A model generated the notes under the pieces. It was not told where the DNA came from and did no database searches. It saw nothing but the letters and a program-made list of their open reading frames with translations. From positions 5,541 to 69,540 of the forward strand of contig JAQWFB010000001.1 of NCBI GenBank assembly GCA_028704635.1: DNA of 64,000 nucleotides. The letters are read 5' to 3'. Positions within the stretch are counted from its first letter, which is position 1. Every line of letters begins with the position of its first letter. The position numbers were made by a program, and so were the translations under genes. This document shows positions 47,467-57,578 of the stretch, in pieces. The stretch comes from Candidatus Shapirobacteria bacterium. Its GTDB lineage: Bacteria > Patescibacteriota > Microgenomatia > UBA12405.

Positions 47467-48091
47467 CTGTCATTTCACCTTTTAATTCTTTATTGACAGT
47501 CGATAAAACTTCTTCAAATTTTTTCGTCATTTCTCGAGTGATCGCAATTTGAACATCATTTCCATAAACTTTTTTAACCTGTTCTTCCAATTTTTTAACT
47601 CTAAAAGGGGATTCATAAACAATTTTAGCCCCATCAAATTCTTTATATCTTTCCAATATTTTTAATCTTTCGCCATCCTTTTTTGGCAAAAATCCCAAAA
47701 ACATAAATCTTCCCGATGGAATTCCCGATAATACTAAAGCATTAATTGCCGCACATGCCCCCGGTAAAGAAGTATAAGGAATGCCTAAATTACGGCATTT
47801 TTTAACTAATCTCCACCCCGGATCAGAAATAATTGGTGTTCCCGCATCAGTTGCTAAAGCAACTTCATTTCCGTCTTGTAATAATTTAACCACCTCTGGA
47901 ATTTTTTGTTCTTCCACTTCGTCATAAAAAGAAATTAGTTTTGGCTTATTTTTTATTCCCAATTTAATTAACAATAATCCGGTGTTTCGAGTGTCTTCAC
48001 AAAGCAAATATTCCACTTTTTCTAAAGTCTCCAAAGCCCTAACCGTAATATCCCCCAAATTCCCAATCGGCGTTGCAATTATATATAACAT
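47453..48091 (-). CDS. rsmI: 16S rRNA (cytidine1402-2'-O)-methyltransferase RsmI-like
   Basis: MLYIIATPIGNLGDITVRALETL and ATDAGTPIISDPG. Confidence 0.7.
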   Translation of the reverse strand: MLYIIATPIGNLGDITVRALETLEKVEYLLCEDTRNTGLLLIKLGIKNKPKLISFYDEVEEQKIPEVVKLLQDGNEVALATDAGTPIISDPGWRLVKKCRNLGIPYTSLPGACAAINALVLSGIPSGRFMFLGFLPKKDGERLKILERYKEFDGAKIVYESPFRVKKLEEQVKKVYGNDVQIAITREMTKKFEEVLSTVNKELKGEMTVIFY

Positions 48092-48106
48092 TATTTATTA
48101 TACCGC

Positions 48107-48757
48107 TTAATTAAACTGTCTAATCACTGCCACCACTTTTCCTCTAATTTCCACATCTGTCACATAAATAGGGGACATGGTTGTATTTGCTGGTTGTAAC
48201 CGAATTCTGCTCGCTTCTCGATAATACCGTTTTAAAGTGGCAAATCCATTTTTTAACACTGCCACTACAATGTCGCCATTATTAGCATTTTTTTGTTCTC
48301 TAACCACCACATAATCACCACTCAAAATTCCATCATCAATCATCGAATCTCCCTTGGCTTGTAAAACAAAAGATTGGTCTCCTGGTTTTACTAAATTTGA
48401 ATTTACTCCAATCGTTGCATTTGGATCAGTATATGGCTCAATTGGCTCACCACAAGCAATAAAACCCAAAACTGGTAGCTCAATAAAAGATGCTGCTATT
48501 TTTTCAGTTTCTTCTTTAATTTTATCTAAAACTTCAATCCCTCTAACCGCCCCACGATATCTTCTAATTAATCCTTTTTTTTCTAAAACCGCCAAATGTT
48601 CATGAACCGTTGCCAATGAAGAAAGGCCTAAATGTTGAGCAATTTCTGTTAGTGTCGGTGCATATCCATATTTCAAAATATTTTGTTCAATATAATCTAA
48701 AATTTGTTTTTGCCTTTTATAAAGAATTGTTGCCATAGACAAATGATACGCGAACAA
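48107..48757 (-). CDS. lexA: LexA repressor (S24 peptidase)
   Basis: N-terminal wHTH. Ala-Gly cleavage region. GDSMIDDGI Ser and TLKRY Lys. Confidence 0.8.
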   Translation of the reverse strand: MFAYHLSMATILYKRQKQILDYIEQNILKYGYAPTLTEIAQHLGLSSLATVHEHLAVLEKKGLIRRYRGAVRGIEVLDKIKEETEKIAASFIELPVLGFIACGEPIEPYTDPNATIGVNSNLVKPGDQSFVLQAKGDSMIDDGILSGDYVVVREQKNANNGDIVVAVLKNGFATLKRYYREASRIRLQPANTTMSPIYVTDVEIRGKVVAVIRQFN

Positions 48758-48938
48758 TACCCGAAGTCAATGATGTAAATTAAAATTTATCATTTTTTTT
48801 GACAAATGACCGTTTTATCGATAAAATCTCTCACTTTTATTAAACAACCAAAAAGCTGAAATTTAATAAAATAAAATCCGTTCCTTTAAAATCAATAAAA
48901 CTCAAAAAAAACAAAAGGAAGAAAGTGAGGTAAAAATA

Positions 48939-49274
48939 ATGGATATCGTCGAAAAAATCTTTGATGACTGTCTACTCCAAGAAAATGATGGTTTTAATAA
49001 TTGCATTAAAGCCGAAGGCATCACTAATCTAGCAATTTTCAATCAAGACCGTTTACAGCAACATAAACCCGAAATCGAAACAATGTTAAATGGATTACCT
49101 AAAGATTTTAAAATTCCGGTTGAAGACAATCATTTAACTAAATTGCATTACACACTAGAAAAATTGCTTCAACTTGGTATTGGCATAGGCAAGGTAAAAC
49201 CTCCTATTTTTCTTAAGAAGAAATCGGAAACATTATCAAACGAACATGTCTATAGTATGGCTAGTAACCAATAA
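48939..49274 (+). CDS. hypothetical protein
   Basis: 111-aa ORF. Confidence 0.25.
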   Translation: MDIVEKIFDDCLLQENDGFNNCIKAEGITNLAIFNQDRLQQHKPEIETMLNGLPKDFKIPVEDNHLTKLHYTLEKLLQLGIGIGKVKPPIFLKKKSETLSNEHVYSMASNQ

Positions 49275-49406
49275 AAACAAAACATTTTATTTTGAGTTTT
49301 ATTGCCCGTCCTATTTAATACCGACAGGTTTGTGTAAAAACAAATTTGCCGGTATTTTTTTTTGTCAAAAAAATAAAGCCATCAAATGTTATATTAGACT
49401 ATCTCT

Positions 49407-51173
49407 ATGTTTCTATTTTTTTTAATTTCCTTTCTATTTTTTTCCGTAAATCCCGCTAATGCTGCTGACGAATTTAAAACCCAACAAAAAATAATTTATC
49501 AAATCGATAATCAAGGCAATGCCGTCGTTAATCAAGAAGTTCAACTAATTAATAATTTTTCTGAAATTTATCCCACTGTCTACCAACTAATTTTATCCGG
49601 TCCAGCCCTAGAAAATATCACCGGCACCGATAGTCAAGGAAATATTATTCAAAAAACTGACCATCAAGATGATCTTAATACTATCGACATCAAATTCAAT
49701 AACAACAATCTCGGTAAAGACAAAATCACCAAATTTAATTTAAATTACACTATTCCCAAATTAGCTACTCAAAAGGGGAACATTTGGGAAGTTTCTGTTC
49801 CAGAAAACAAAAACATAAAATCTAACGATACTAACGAAATAACTGTATTGGTTCCCAATTCTTTTGGAAATCTTTCTTTTTCCTCGTCAAACCCCAAAAA
49901 TTCAGTTCCTTTAAATAATCAGACTCAAATATTTTTTAATAACTCCAATCAAAAAATATTTTTAATTTTTGGTAATTATCAACTTTTTGATTTTCATTTT
50001 AAATATTTTTTAGAAAATACTACTAATCAACCACAAATTTTAGAAATTACCATTCCTCCAGAAACCGATAATCAAAAAATAGTTTATAAAGAAATATCAC
50101 CTCAACCTTTAAATATTAGAATCGATACTGATGGTAATTGGTTAGCTCAATATAAATTAACCAGCAATCAGGAATTAGAAATCAATGTTTCCGGCCAAGC
50201 CAAAATTATTCCAAATAACATTAGCTCTTCAATTAATGAAGACAATTATTTGAAAGAACAAAATTTTTGGCCCATTAACGATCCTTCTATCAAACAAATC
50301 GTCAGTTCTCTTAAAACCGTCAAAGATATTTACAATTACACTGTTAACACTCTTAATTATGATTACAATTCAATCAACGCCTCCGAACGTAAAGGTGCAC
50401 TAAACACTTTGCTCTCACCAAACACATCAATTTGTACCGATTTTACCGATCTTTTTGTAACACTGGCTAGAGCTAAAGGTATTCCCGCCCGCGAAGTCGA
50501 AGGTTTTGCTTACACTAATAATTCCAAAATTAAACCAATTAATGCTAATGCCGATATTCTCCATGCCTGGCCTCAATACTACGACCAAGATAAACAATCA
50601 TGGGTTTCTGTTGACCCTACTTGGGAAAAAACTACCAATGGTGTTGATTTTTTTAAAGACCTTGACCCCAATCATTTCGTATTTGTTTTTCATGGTCTAG
50701 ATAGTGAAAAACCACTTCCACCTGGCGGTTATAAAAATAATCACAATGTTAAAACTATTGAAGTTGAATTTGCCACTCAAGAATTACAGGCCAACCACGA
50801 AAACCTTAAAATAATTTCTCTAAATAAAAAAATCTACCAACCCACAATAATTAAAATTTCTAACCAAAATAACAATTCCATTTCTGATTTAAAAATCAGT
50901 ATTCCCAATTTAAATTGGCAACAAAAAATTCCTATTTTACCGCCATTTTCATCTATTGAGATAACTTTGCCGAACTATCAGTTTTTAAAAGTTTTAAATC
51001 CTGCCAATAGAAATATAAAAATTAAAGTCGAATCATTAAACACCACCTCTAATCAAATCTCTATTTCTAATCCTAAATATTACTTAAATTTAATTATTTT
51101 TATCGGTTTAATCATCACTTTACTAGGTCTTGGCGGTATAATATTAAACAGTAACAAAAAACATAAAAAATGA
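49407..51173 (+). CDS. secreted transglutaminase-like (Cys-His-Asp) domain protein with C-terminal TM anchor
   Basis: Signal peptide. CTDFTDLFVTLARAKGIPAREVEGF...HAWPQYY...D catalytic triad pattern. Confidence 0.6.
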   Translation: MFLFFLISFLFFSVNPANAADEFKTQQKIIYQIDNQGNAVVNQEVQLINNFSEIYPTVYQLILSGPALENITGTDSQGNIIQKTDHQDDLNTIDIKFNNNNLGKDKITKFNLNYTIPKLATQKGNIWEVSVPENKNIKSNDTNEITVLVPNSFGNLSFSSSNPKNSVPLNNQTQIFFNNSNQKIFLIFGNYQLFDFHFKYFLENTTNQPQILEITIPPETDNQKIVYKEISPQPLNIRIDTDGNWLAQYKLTSNQELEINVSGQAKIIPNNISSSINEDNYLKEQNFWPINDPSIKQIVSSLKTVKDIYNYTVNTLNYDYNSINASERKGALNTLLSPNTSICTDFTDLFVTLARAKGIPAREVEGFAYTNNSKIKPINANADILHAWPQYYDQDKQSWVSVDPTWEKTTNGVDFFKDLDPNHFVFVFHGLDSEKPLPPGGYKNNHNVKTIEVEFATQELQANHENLKIISLNKKIYQPTIIKISNQNNNSISDLKISIPNLNWQQKIPILPPFSSIEITLPNYQFLKVLNPANRNIKIKVESLNTTSNQISISNPKYYLNLIIFIGLIITLLGLGGIILNSNKKHKK

Positions 51174-51565
51174 AAAAAATACTCAGATATATTATTCTCT
51201 TCAGTTTTTCCATCGTCACCGCCAATCTTATTTGGCAAAATTTTTATTTTCAACAAATCCCATGGACTATCGTCAAAGTCGCCATTATTTTAACCATCTT
51301 TGAACTTCTATTAAAACCCATAATCAAAATTCTCTTGATTCCAATTAATATCTTAACTTTAGGTTTATTTAGAATTGTTATTGACACCCTTGGTTTATAT
51401 TTAGCTGTTTTCTTTATTGCCGATTTTCAGATAGGAAATATATACATCTCCCAGTATAATTACCATGTCAATAATTTTTGGGCTTATTTACTAAGTTCCT
51501 TCACTGTTGGTACAATTTTATATATTTATAATTCAATTTTGCACAAGAGCAAACCTAAAAAATGA
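51170..51565 (+). CDS. small multi-TM membrane protein
   Basis: Four hydrophobic helices. Confidence 0.3.
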   Translation: MKKILRYIILFSFSIVTANLIWQNFYFQQIPWTIVKVAIILTIFELLLKPIIKILLIPINILTLGLFRIVIDTLGLYLAVFFIADFQIGNIYISQYNYHVNNFWAYLLSSFTVGTILYIYNSILHKSKPKK

Positions 51566-51774
51566 AAACTACTTTAGTTATTATTCAAATAATATTATCC
51601 ATTCTTTTAAGTGCCCTCATTTTTCTTCAATCAAATGGTGACACTGAATCTCGATCAAATATTCTTTCTGCCACTACAGTTGAAAAGAGGGGATGGGAAA
51701 AAATTATGTTTAATTTCACTATTTTTATCATTGTTCTTTTTCTAATTTCATCAGTTATTCAAACTCTTTTATAA
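51562..51774 (+). CDS. secG: preprotein translocase subunit SecG-like
   Basis: Two TM helices with LIFLQSNGDTES between them (LLQ.gkG pattern). Confidence 0.4.
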   Translation: MKTTLVIIQIILSILLSALIFLQSNGDTESRSNILSATTVEKRGWEKIMFNFTIFIIVLFLISSVIQTLL

Positions 51775-51780
51775 ACCATC

Positions 51781-53121
51781 TTGCTTAACAAACTTCATTT
51801 TAAAATTGCCTATTTTGTCTCTTTTATTAAGAGAAAAATTTTGCTTATTTTAATAATAATTATTGTTGGTCTTTGTGCCATTTTTTTTAGAAAAGAAATT
51901 ATTAATTTTATTAATCTTCCTATTTTTAAAAAAGAATCCATTGGTATTGAAGGTCTTTATACTTTAAAAAATCTTCCTGACAATATTGCCAATCAAATTA
52001 GCTACGGTCTAACTATCAATTCTGAGAATGACAAAGCCGTTATCTCTCCTATTGTCGAATCATTAAATGTTGAAAATGAAAACAAAGACTACGTTTTTAC
52101 ACTTAAAGATAATATTTTTTGGCATAATGGAAAAAAACTAATCGCCAGTGATATTGATTATTCATCTATTTCCGGAATTAAAATTAGTATTTTAAACGAA
52201 AATCAGATTAAGGTTAGTCTTGAAAAAGAGTTTTCTCCTATTCTATCGGTTCTAAGTAAGCCTTTGTTTAAAAAAAATACTATCGGTTTAGGTCAATATA
52301 AAATTAAAAAATATTCCCTCCAAGAGGGTTACTTAAAAACTCTTTATCTTACACCAACCAAAGACAATCTTCCCAAATTAATCTATTATTTTTATCAAGA
52401 TGAGGCCGATTTAATTAATGCCTATAAATTAGGCGACGTTGATCAAATAAAAATTAGTTCTCTTCCAGAAGAATTATCAAAGTGGAGTAATAGTAAAATA
52501 TCTCAAAAAATTGAAACCAATGAAAAATATTCAGCTCTTTTTTTTAATACTCAAAAAATTAACAACAAACAACTCCGTCAAGCTATAGCCTATGCCACCC
52601 CAAAAACTAAAGATCAAAACGAACGATGTCTTGGTCCAATTTCCCCTGAATCATGGGCATATAATCCCAGCGTTAAGGAATATAATTTCGATACCACTCG
52701 GGCTAAAGAACTTTTTCAAAACAATAAAATCGACTCCATTAATTTAATTGTCGGTGATCGAAGATTATTATCAATTGCTGAAGATATTAAAAAATCCTGG
52801 GAAAGTATTCTCGGTTTAAAAACCAATATTTCTATTATTAATCAAATCGACACCGAAAATTTTGATGTCATTTTAACCTACGGCAGCATTCCTCATGATC
52901 CAGATCAATATCTTTTTTGGCATTCAACTCAAATCGGAAAAAGTAATTTAACTAAACTCAATGATTCTCGCATTGACAAACTTTTAGAAGACGGCAGATT
53001 TGCCATTGACCAAATAGAAAGGAAAGCAATTTATCAGGATTTCCAAAAATATCTTCTAGAAGAATCTCCTGCTATTTTTTTAGCCTACCCTAATACTTAT
53101 ACAATTACTCGAGTAAAATAG
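51781..53121 (+). CDS. membrane-anchored solute-binding-protein-like protein (family 5?)
   Basis: N-terminal TM. Weak similarity to peptide/nickel SBP fold. Confidence 0.3.
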   Translation: MLNKLHFKIAYFVSFIKRKILLILIIIIVGLCAIFFRKEIINFINLPIFKKESIGIEGLYTLKNLPDNIANQISYGLTINSENDKAVISPIVESLNVENENKDYVFTLKDNIFWHNGKKLIASDIDYSSISGIKISILNENQIKVSLEKEFSPILSVLSKPLFKKNTIGLGQYKIKKYSLQEGYLKTLYLTPTKDNLPKLIYYFYQDEADLINAYKLGDVDQIKISSLPEELSKWSNSKISQKIETNEKYSALFFNTQKINNKQLRQAIAYATPKTKDQNERCLGPISPESWAYNPSVKEYNFDTTRAKELFQNNKIDSINLIVGDRRLLSIAEDIKKSWESILGLKTNISIINQIDTENFDVILTYGSIPHDPDQYLFWHSTQIGKSNLTKLNDSRIDKLLEDGRFAIDQIERKAIYQDFQKYLLEESPAIFLAYPNTYTITRVK

Positions 53122-53132
53122 TAAAATAAAAT

Positions 53133-53366
53133 ATGACAGAAGAAAATAAAAAACCAGATTATATCGGCAACACTATTGTTTTTATTTTACTCGGATTATT
53201 ATTATATGCCGGCTTTATATCTTACAAAAGCATTGACTGGAATGTTTTAAACAGGCTTGAATCAGAAAACCTAATTCTTCCTACACCAATTCCTACCTCA
53301 ATCGCCACTAATTCTGCCACTACTACTGGATCAGCAACTTCCACATCTTCAAGCACTAAAAAATAG
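53133..53366 (+). CDS. small membrane protein with Thr/Ser-rich tail
   Basis: One TM. Confidence 0.25.
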   Translation: MTEENKKPDYIGNTIVFILLGLLLYAGFISYKSIDWNVLNRLESENLILPTPIPTSIATNSATTTGSATSTSSSTKK

Positions 53367-53367
53367 G

Positions 53368-53832
53368 TTATTTCTTTGGTGGCCTTTCTAATTTTCCTAA
53401 AGTTTTTATTTCTAATTTACCAACAAAATTATAAATTTTATCGATTTCTCTTCTAATAAAATCAACATCTTCACCTTCGCTTTTTAATTCTCCTAAAACT
53501 AATTTAATAGATTTATCATAATCATTTTTAAATTTTTTATTAATATCCTCCCAGCAAATATTCTGCAAAATTTCTAATAATTTTTGTTCATAGGGAATTT
53601 TGCCAATTAACATTAAAAAGGCAATCATTGGATAACTTAAAGAATAAGTGTAATAAGCCGAATTATCATTTGACATCATACCTCCAGTATTAGGATCATA
53701 TTTAACATCGTAAAATTTATCACCAGACGGCAAATAACATTTAGCCTTATTGCCATTTATTTCCATTCTGTCATCAGCAATCACTGTCAATGCTTCATAA
53801 ATTTTTGAAATATGCGGTTTTTTCCAAATCAT
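53368..53832 (-). CDS. hypothetical protein
   Basis: 154 aa. Confidence 0.3.
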   Translation of the reverse strand: MIWKKPHISKIYEALTVIADDRMEINGNKAKCYLPSGDKFYDVKYDPNTGGMMSNDNSAYYTYSLSYPMIAFLMLIGKIPYEQKLLEILQNICWEDINKKFKNDYDKSIKLVLGELKSEGEDVDFIRREIDKIYNFVGKLEIKTLGKLERPPKK

Positions 53833-53839
53833 AATCCTG

Positions 53840-54700
53840 TTATCTTTCTAATGGAATATCTTCTCCGTCAGAAGTTATTTCTCTAACTGATGTCGGCTGC
53901 TGTGACTTAAAATGTTCTAATAATTGTGGTGGTTCCTGTGGTGGACCTTTTCTTTTTGATTTAATTTTTTCCACAATTTTCGGACCAAAAACCGGCCCAA
54001 TAAACATTACTAAACCGAGGATCACTAGAATAATTGGCAAATAATCCGCAAACGATTTCGATTTTTTAGAGGAATCAACAGGAGTTTGTGTGATTCCTTC
54101 GGACACCATAGCAGCAGTCGGTTCTAAGACCACAGTCGGTTCAATTACAGGGGCCGAAGTTGGCGTCGGTGTTAAAATCTTAGTCGGCGTCGGTGTAGGT
54201 GTTAATGTAACCGCCAAAGTCGGTGTTGGAGTAAGTGTTGGTGTTGGAGTAGAAGTTGGAGTAAGAGGATCGTTAATTTTAATAGTTCTAGAAACACTAG
54301 TTAAGTTTAATTCTGGAACATAAGCATATAAATAATAAGTTCCCGAAGATGCCGAAGTACCTACTCGTAAACGCATAGTTAAATTATCATTACCGGTAAC
54401 ATAAGGCATTACATTAATGTCTGTACCACAACCATTTGGCCAATTACCGTTATATAAATTTTCTACTAAACACGACGTATTTGTAGAACTTTCAGTTTGA
54501 CCACCATAAACCCTAACGTGATAAGTATTTCCCACTGAAACATTATTTAATTTAACATTAATATCAAATTGTTCACCTCGCCTTGCTTCACTTGCCCCCC
54601 AACTATCCCAAGAAATACTCGGACTATCGGCCAAAACAACCGGTTTAAAAATAAAAAATAATGAAAAAAGAACACTCCAAAACATAATTGATTTTAACAT
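53840..54700 (-). CDS. cell-surface protein with Thr-Pro-rich linker and C-terminal TM anchor
   Basis: Signal peptide. LTPTSTPTPTLTPTPT... repeats, encoded by the ggtgttgg DNA repeats at ~54.1-54.3 kb. Confidence 0.5.
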   Translation of the reverse strand: MLKSIMFWSVLFSLFFIFKPVVLADSPSISWDSWGASEARRGEQFDINVKLNNVSVGNTYHVRVYGGQTESSTNTSCLVENLYNGNWPNGCGTDINVMPYVTGNDNLTMRLRVGTSASSGTYYLYAYVPELNLTSVSRTIKINDPLTPTSTPTPTLTPTPTLAVTLTPTPTPTKILTPTPTSAPVIEPTVVLEPTAAMVSEGITQTPVDSSKKSKSFADYLPIILVILGLVMFIGPVFGPKIVEKIKSKRKGPPQEPPQLLEHFKSQQPTSVREITSDGEDIPLER

Positions 54701-54706
54701 TAATAT

Positions 54707-55462
54707 TTACAAATCACTTCTAGTTCCATGTCTAATTTCAATTTTCCCTTTTTTTAAAGTTTCCAATAACTTCGTTGGGTCATCCAATTTAATCATATTA
54801 AATCTATTTCCAATTCTATTTTTAATATGTGCATCACTATTGGAATAAGCGGGAATTTCCAGTTTAAGAACAAATTTTTTAGCCAAATTATGCCAAACAC
54901 GATAAAGTTTTCTTTTAAATTTTTTTTCTATGTCATCATTATGAATCTCTGCTCCATGAATTAAACCTTTTTCATAAAGCTCTGCCAAAAAATTCCCTCT
55001 TAAAGACATCATTCCTGTTGGTATTTTTGGATGAGCCGCTATAATCAATGCGCCATTATCCACAAAATATTGCAATATTCCTCTAATCGTTTTTTTTCTG
55101 GCAATAACCGAACAAGTTTTCTCTTTAATTTTATATTGTTTTAATTTTTTTTCTATCAATTCTGAATCCAACCCTAAGACTAGTAAATGCCCCGATAAAA
55201 ATGATAATTCACAACCAGAAATAACATAAATACCATATTTTTTCCTTATTCTTTCAAGATTGAATTTATTAGGAACATTATGGTCAGTTATTGCTATCAC
55301 ATCCAAACCTCTTCTTTTTGCTGTTTTCAACATTTCTTTGGTGATATTTTTTCCGTCACTTTTAGTAGTATGCATATGCAAATCAAACCTTAGCCATTTT
55401 CTTTTAGAAACCATATTTTGTATTTTACACCTTTTTCTTTCCCTTCTTTCCCGCCAATCCAA
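54707..55462 (-). CDS. PHP-domain phosphoesterase
   Basis: LRFDLHMHTTKSDGK...VIAITDHN. Confidence 0.7.
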   Translation of the reverse strand: MDWRERRERKRCKIQNMVSKRKWLRFDLHMHTTKSDGKNITKEMLKTAKRRGLDVIAITDHNVPNKFNLERIRKKYGIYVISGCELSFLSGHLLVLGLDSELIEKKLKQYKIKEKTCSVIARKKTIRGILQYFVDNGALIIAAHPKIPTGMMSLRGNFLAELYEKGLIHGAEIHNDDIEKKFKRKLYRVWHNLAKKFVLKLEIPAYSNSDAHIKNRIGNRFNMIKLDDPTKLLETLKKGKIEIRHGTRSDL

Positions 55463-56690
55463 TAATCCAAGAAATAAATATTAAAGCAACCAATCCTCCA
55501 ATAAGTACCATTAATGATTTGTTTTCTGAAAAAATTCCAATTTCAAACCCTTGTTTAAATTCATCTCTAATATTAGTGTTGTAAAGAGTGTTTAATACTA
55601 ATGTGTATTTACCTTTATCTAATAACAATCCTTCAAATGTTTTATTAAAGACTCCTTCTGTTTGTATTGTTGTATTATCAGCTGATCTATAATATTCTTT
55701 TCCTTTTTCATCAACTATAGTAAATGTCATTTCTACTGGTGTATCTTTATTTCCAAAACTAACAAAAGTTACTCTAGCAGTTAATTCAGATACACTAGTA
55801 ATTTGTGTTTTATCAACAATTAGGGCGATATCAAAAAGTCGATTACTAATTTCTGAAGCAGGAACAAAACCCTCAGCAACAGTAACCACGGCTCTTGTTT
55901 CACCAACAGGAATACTTGATACCTCATTTGACCAATCACCTGGCATACAGTCATTAATAGCTTTTATCTTAAAGTAATATCTAGTTCCACCAGATAATCC
56001 TCTGATTGTATAACTAGTGGTATCAGCATTTCCTACGTTTGGATTACCATATTCAATTGATCCAGAAGAAGTTCCATAAGCTACTAAATAATGAGTAAAT
56101 GGATTACTTGCTTTTGACCAAGTTAAAGTAATACTATTATCTCCATTTACTGTATTAGTAATAGTTGGTGCACTTCCTGGTTTAGTTGCAGTACAGGCTG
56201 GTGCTGCCCAACCAGTAGAGGTTGTAGAGGTTGAAGTAATAAAAGTTGAAACACATGTTGGTCGCCAATCCGTTTTTACATCGCAATTTGCACAATCAAA
56301 ACTAATTCTTCCTGCTGTCGAGCCAGATGTCCCAATTGTACCAGTAAATTTACCGCTAGAGTCAATTTTTGCCCCAGAAAAACTAATCCATCCTAATGTT
56401 CCAGACCAAGCATATCCACCTAAAATTCCAGAACAATTATTAGTTACACCGCTAGTAGATGGAGATAGATTAATCCATCCATAATTAGAATTCCAGGCAT
56501 ATCCAGTTACGGTTGAATCAGTAACAGAAATATTTCCTCCATTGGCCAAAAAATTAATCCATCCCATATTTTCTCCCCAAGCATAGGCACTACTTCCAAT
56601 AATACTTCCCGACGACGCCAAAACTTTAATCAAACCAAAATTTAAAAATAAACTAACAACTAAAAATATTGTTACTAATATTTTTTTCAT
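55425..56690 (-). CDS. secreted fibronectin-III-containing surface protein with C-terminal TM
   Basis: Signal peptide, Gly/Trp-rich beta repeats, FN3-like (ITLTWSKASNPFTHYLVAYG). Confidence 0.45.
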   Translation of the reverse strand: MKKILVTIFLVVSLFLNFGLIKVLASSGSIIGSSAYAWGENMGWINFLANGGNISVTDSTVTGYAWNSNYGWINLSPSTSGVTNNCSGILGGYAWSGTLGWISFSGAKIDSSGKFTGTIGTSGSTAGRISFDCANCDVKTDWRPTCVSTFITSTSTTSTGWAAPACTATKPGSAPTITNTVNGDNSITLTWSKASNPFTHYLVAYGTSSGSIEYGNPNVGNADTTSYTIRGLSGGTRYYFKIKAINDCMPGDWSNEVSSIPVGETRAVVTVAEGFVPASEISNRLFDIALIVDKTQITSVSELTARVTFVSFGNKDTPVEMTFTIVDEKGKEYYRSADNTTIQTEGVFNKTFEGLLLDKGKYTLVLNTLYNTNIRDEFKQGFEIGIFSENKSLMVLIGGLVALIFISWIIGLAGKKGKKKV

Positions 56691-56692
56691 GT

Positions 56693-57217
56693 TTAATTTT
56701 CCGGTGTTTCAGTGGGCGTTTTAGTTGGTATCTCAGTTGGTGTTTCAGCGGGCGTTTTAGTTGGTATCTCAGTTGGTGTGGTATTTTGATCACTATTACC
56801 AATCAGCAAGGGAGCAAATTCTATAACTTTTTGAGTTGATGGACGATATAAAATTGCTTTTTTTGCATTAGCATAAATCAGTATTTTGTCCCCATTCTCT
56901 GATTTTTTAAAAAAATCTTGGTCTTTTAACTTTTCTTTATCAGTTACTGTCGCCAATGTCGGTGTTTCATCTACTGGCAAATCCATAAATTTACTAATTA
57001 CTGTAGTAAGTGATTTGATTTCATCAGTTGAAATTTTATTCGGATTTTCCTTAATTTCTTTATATTGCTTATAAAAATACGCCGCCGCCGCCAAAGAACT
57101 AAAAATTAATATGACAATAAAAATTGTAAAACTAACTTTGGCTATTTTTTTATACATGTACATATAAAAACATGTATAGATTAAAAAATTATTAAAAGTT
57201 TTACTATCTTGCATCAC
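56693..57217 (-). CDS. membrane-anchored protein with TPTEIPTK tandem repeats
   Basis: N-terminal TM. The C-terminal repeats are encoded by the DNA tandem repeat at 56700-56775. Confidence 0.4.
   Translation of the reverse strand: MMQDSKTFNNFLIYTCFYMYMYKKIAKVSFTIFIVILIFSSLAAAAYFYKQYKEIKENPNKISTDEIKSLTTVISKFMDLPVDETPTLATVTDKEKLKDQDFFKKSENGDKILIYANAKKAILYRPSTQKVIEFAPLLIGNSDQNTTPTEIPTKTPAETPTEIPTKTPTETPEN
56700..56775. repeat. ~33-bp tandem direct repeat x2 (coding for TPTEIPTKTPxE)
   Basis: ggtgtttcagygggcgttttagttggtatctcagttggtgt appears twice. Confidence 0.6.
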
Positions 57218-57247
57218 CTAGTACCTGGTGTATAATCAGCTTATAAA

Positions 57248-57577
57248 ATGAAAGATACTAATGAACAAAATTCACAGCTGCGTAAAGGCCTTCTTGAATT
57301 GGCGGTTATGTTGGTAATTAAACAAGGTTCTGTTTATGCCAGTGATATTCTTAAAAAACTAAAAGACAGTCAATTATTAGTAGTTGAAGGAACTTTATAT
57401 CCTTTATTAAGCCGTCTCAAGAACGAAGGCGACTTGGAATATGAATGGAAAGAATCAAAAAATGGTCCTCCTCGAAAATATTATCATTTAACCCAACAGG
57501 GGATTAATAAACTATCAAAATCAATGGAAATTTGGTCGAATTTAAACAAATCAATTATTTCTTTAAACAAAAAATAA
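57248..57577 (+). CDS. PadR-family transcriptional regulator
   Basis: LRKGLLELAVMLVIKQGSVYASDILKKL...LYPLLSRLKNEG. Confidence 0.75.
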   Translation: MKDTNEQNSQLRKGLLELAVMLVIKQGSVYASDILKKLKDSQLLVVEGTLYPLLSRLKNEGDLEYEWKESKNGPPRKYYHLTQQGINKLSKSMEIWSNLNKSIISLNKK

Positions 57578-57578
57578 A

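Noticed and set aside
48758-48938. Possible LexA/SOS operator upstream of lexA (cgaaca...tgttcg-like half sites)
   Set aside because: Only a single CGAACA half-site was found, with no convincing palindrome. The operator consensus for this lineage is unknown.
54090-54323. Short tandem repeats (ggtgttgg / gtaggtgtt) that could be mistaken for a CRISPR-like or satellite array
   Set aside because: They lie inside a minus-strand coding region and translate to a Thr-Pro linker. There are no regular spacer-repeat units.ically spaced.
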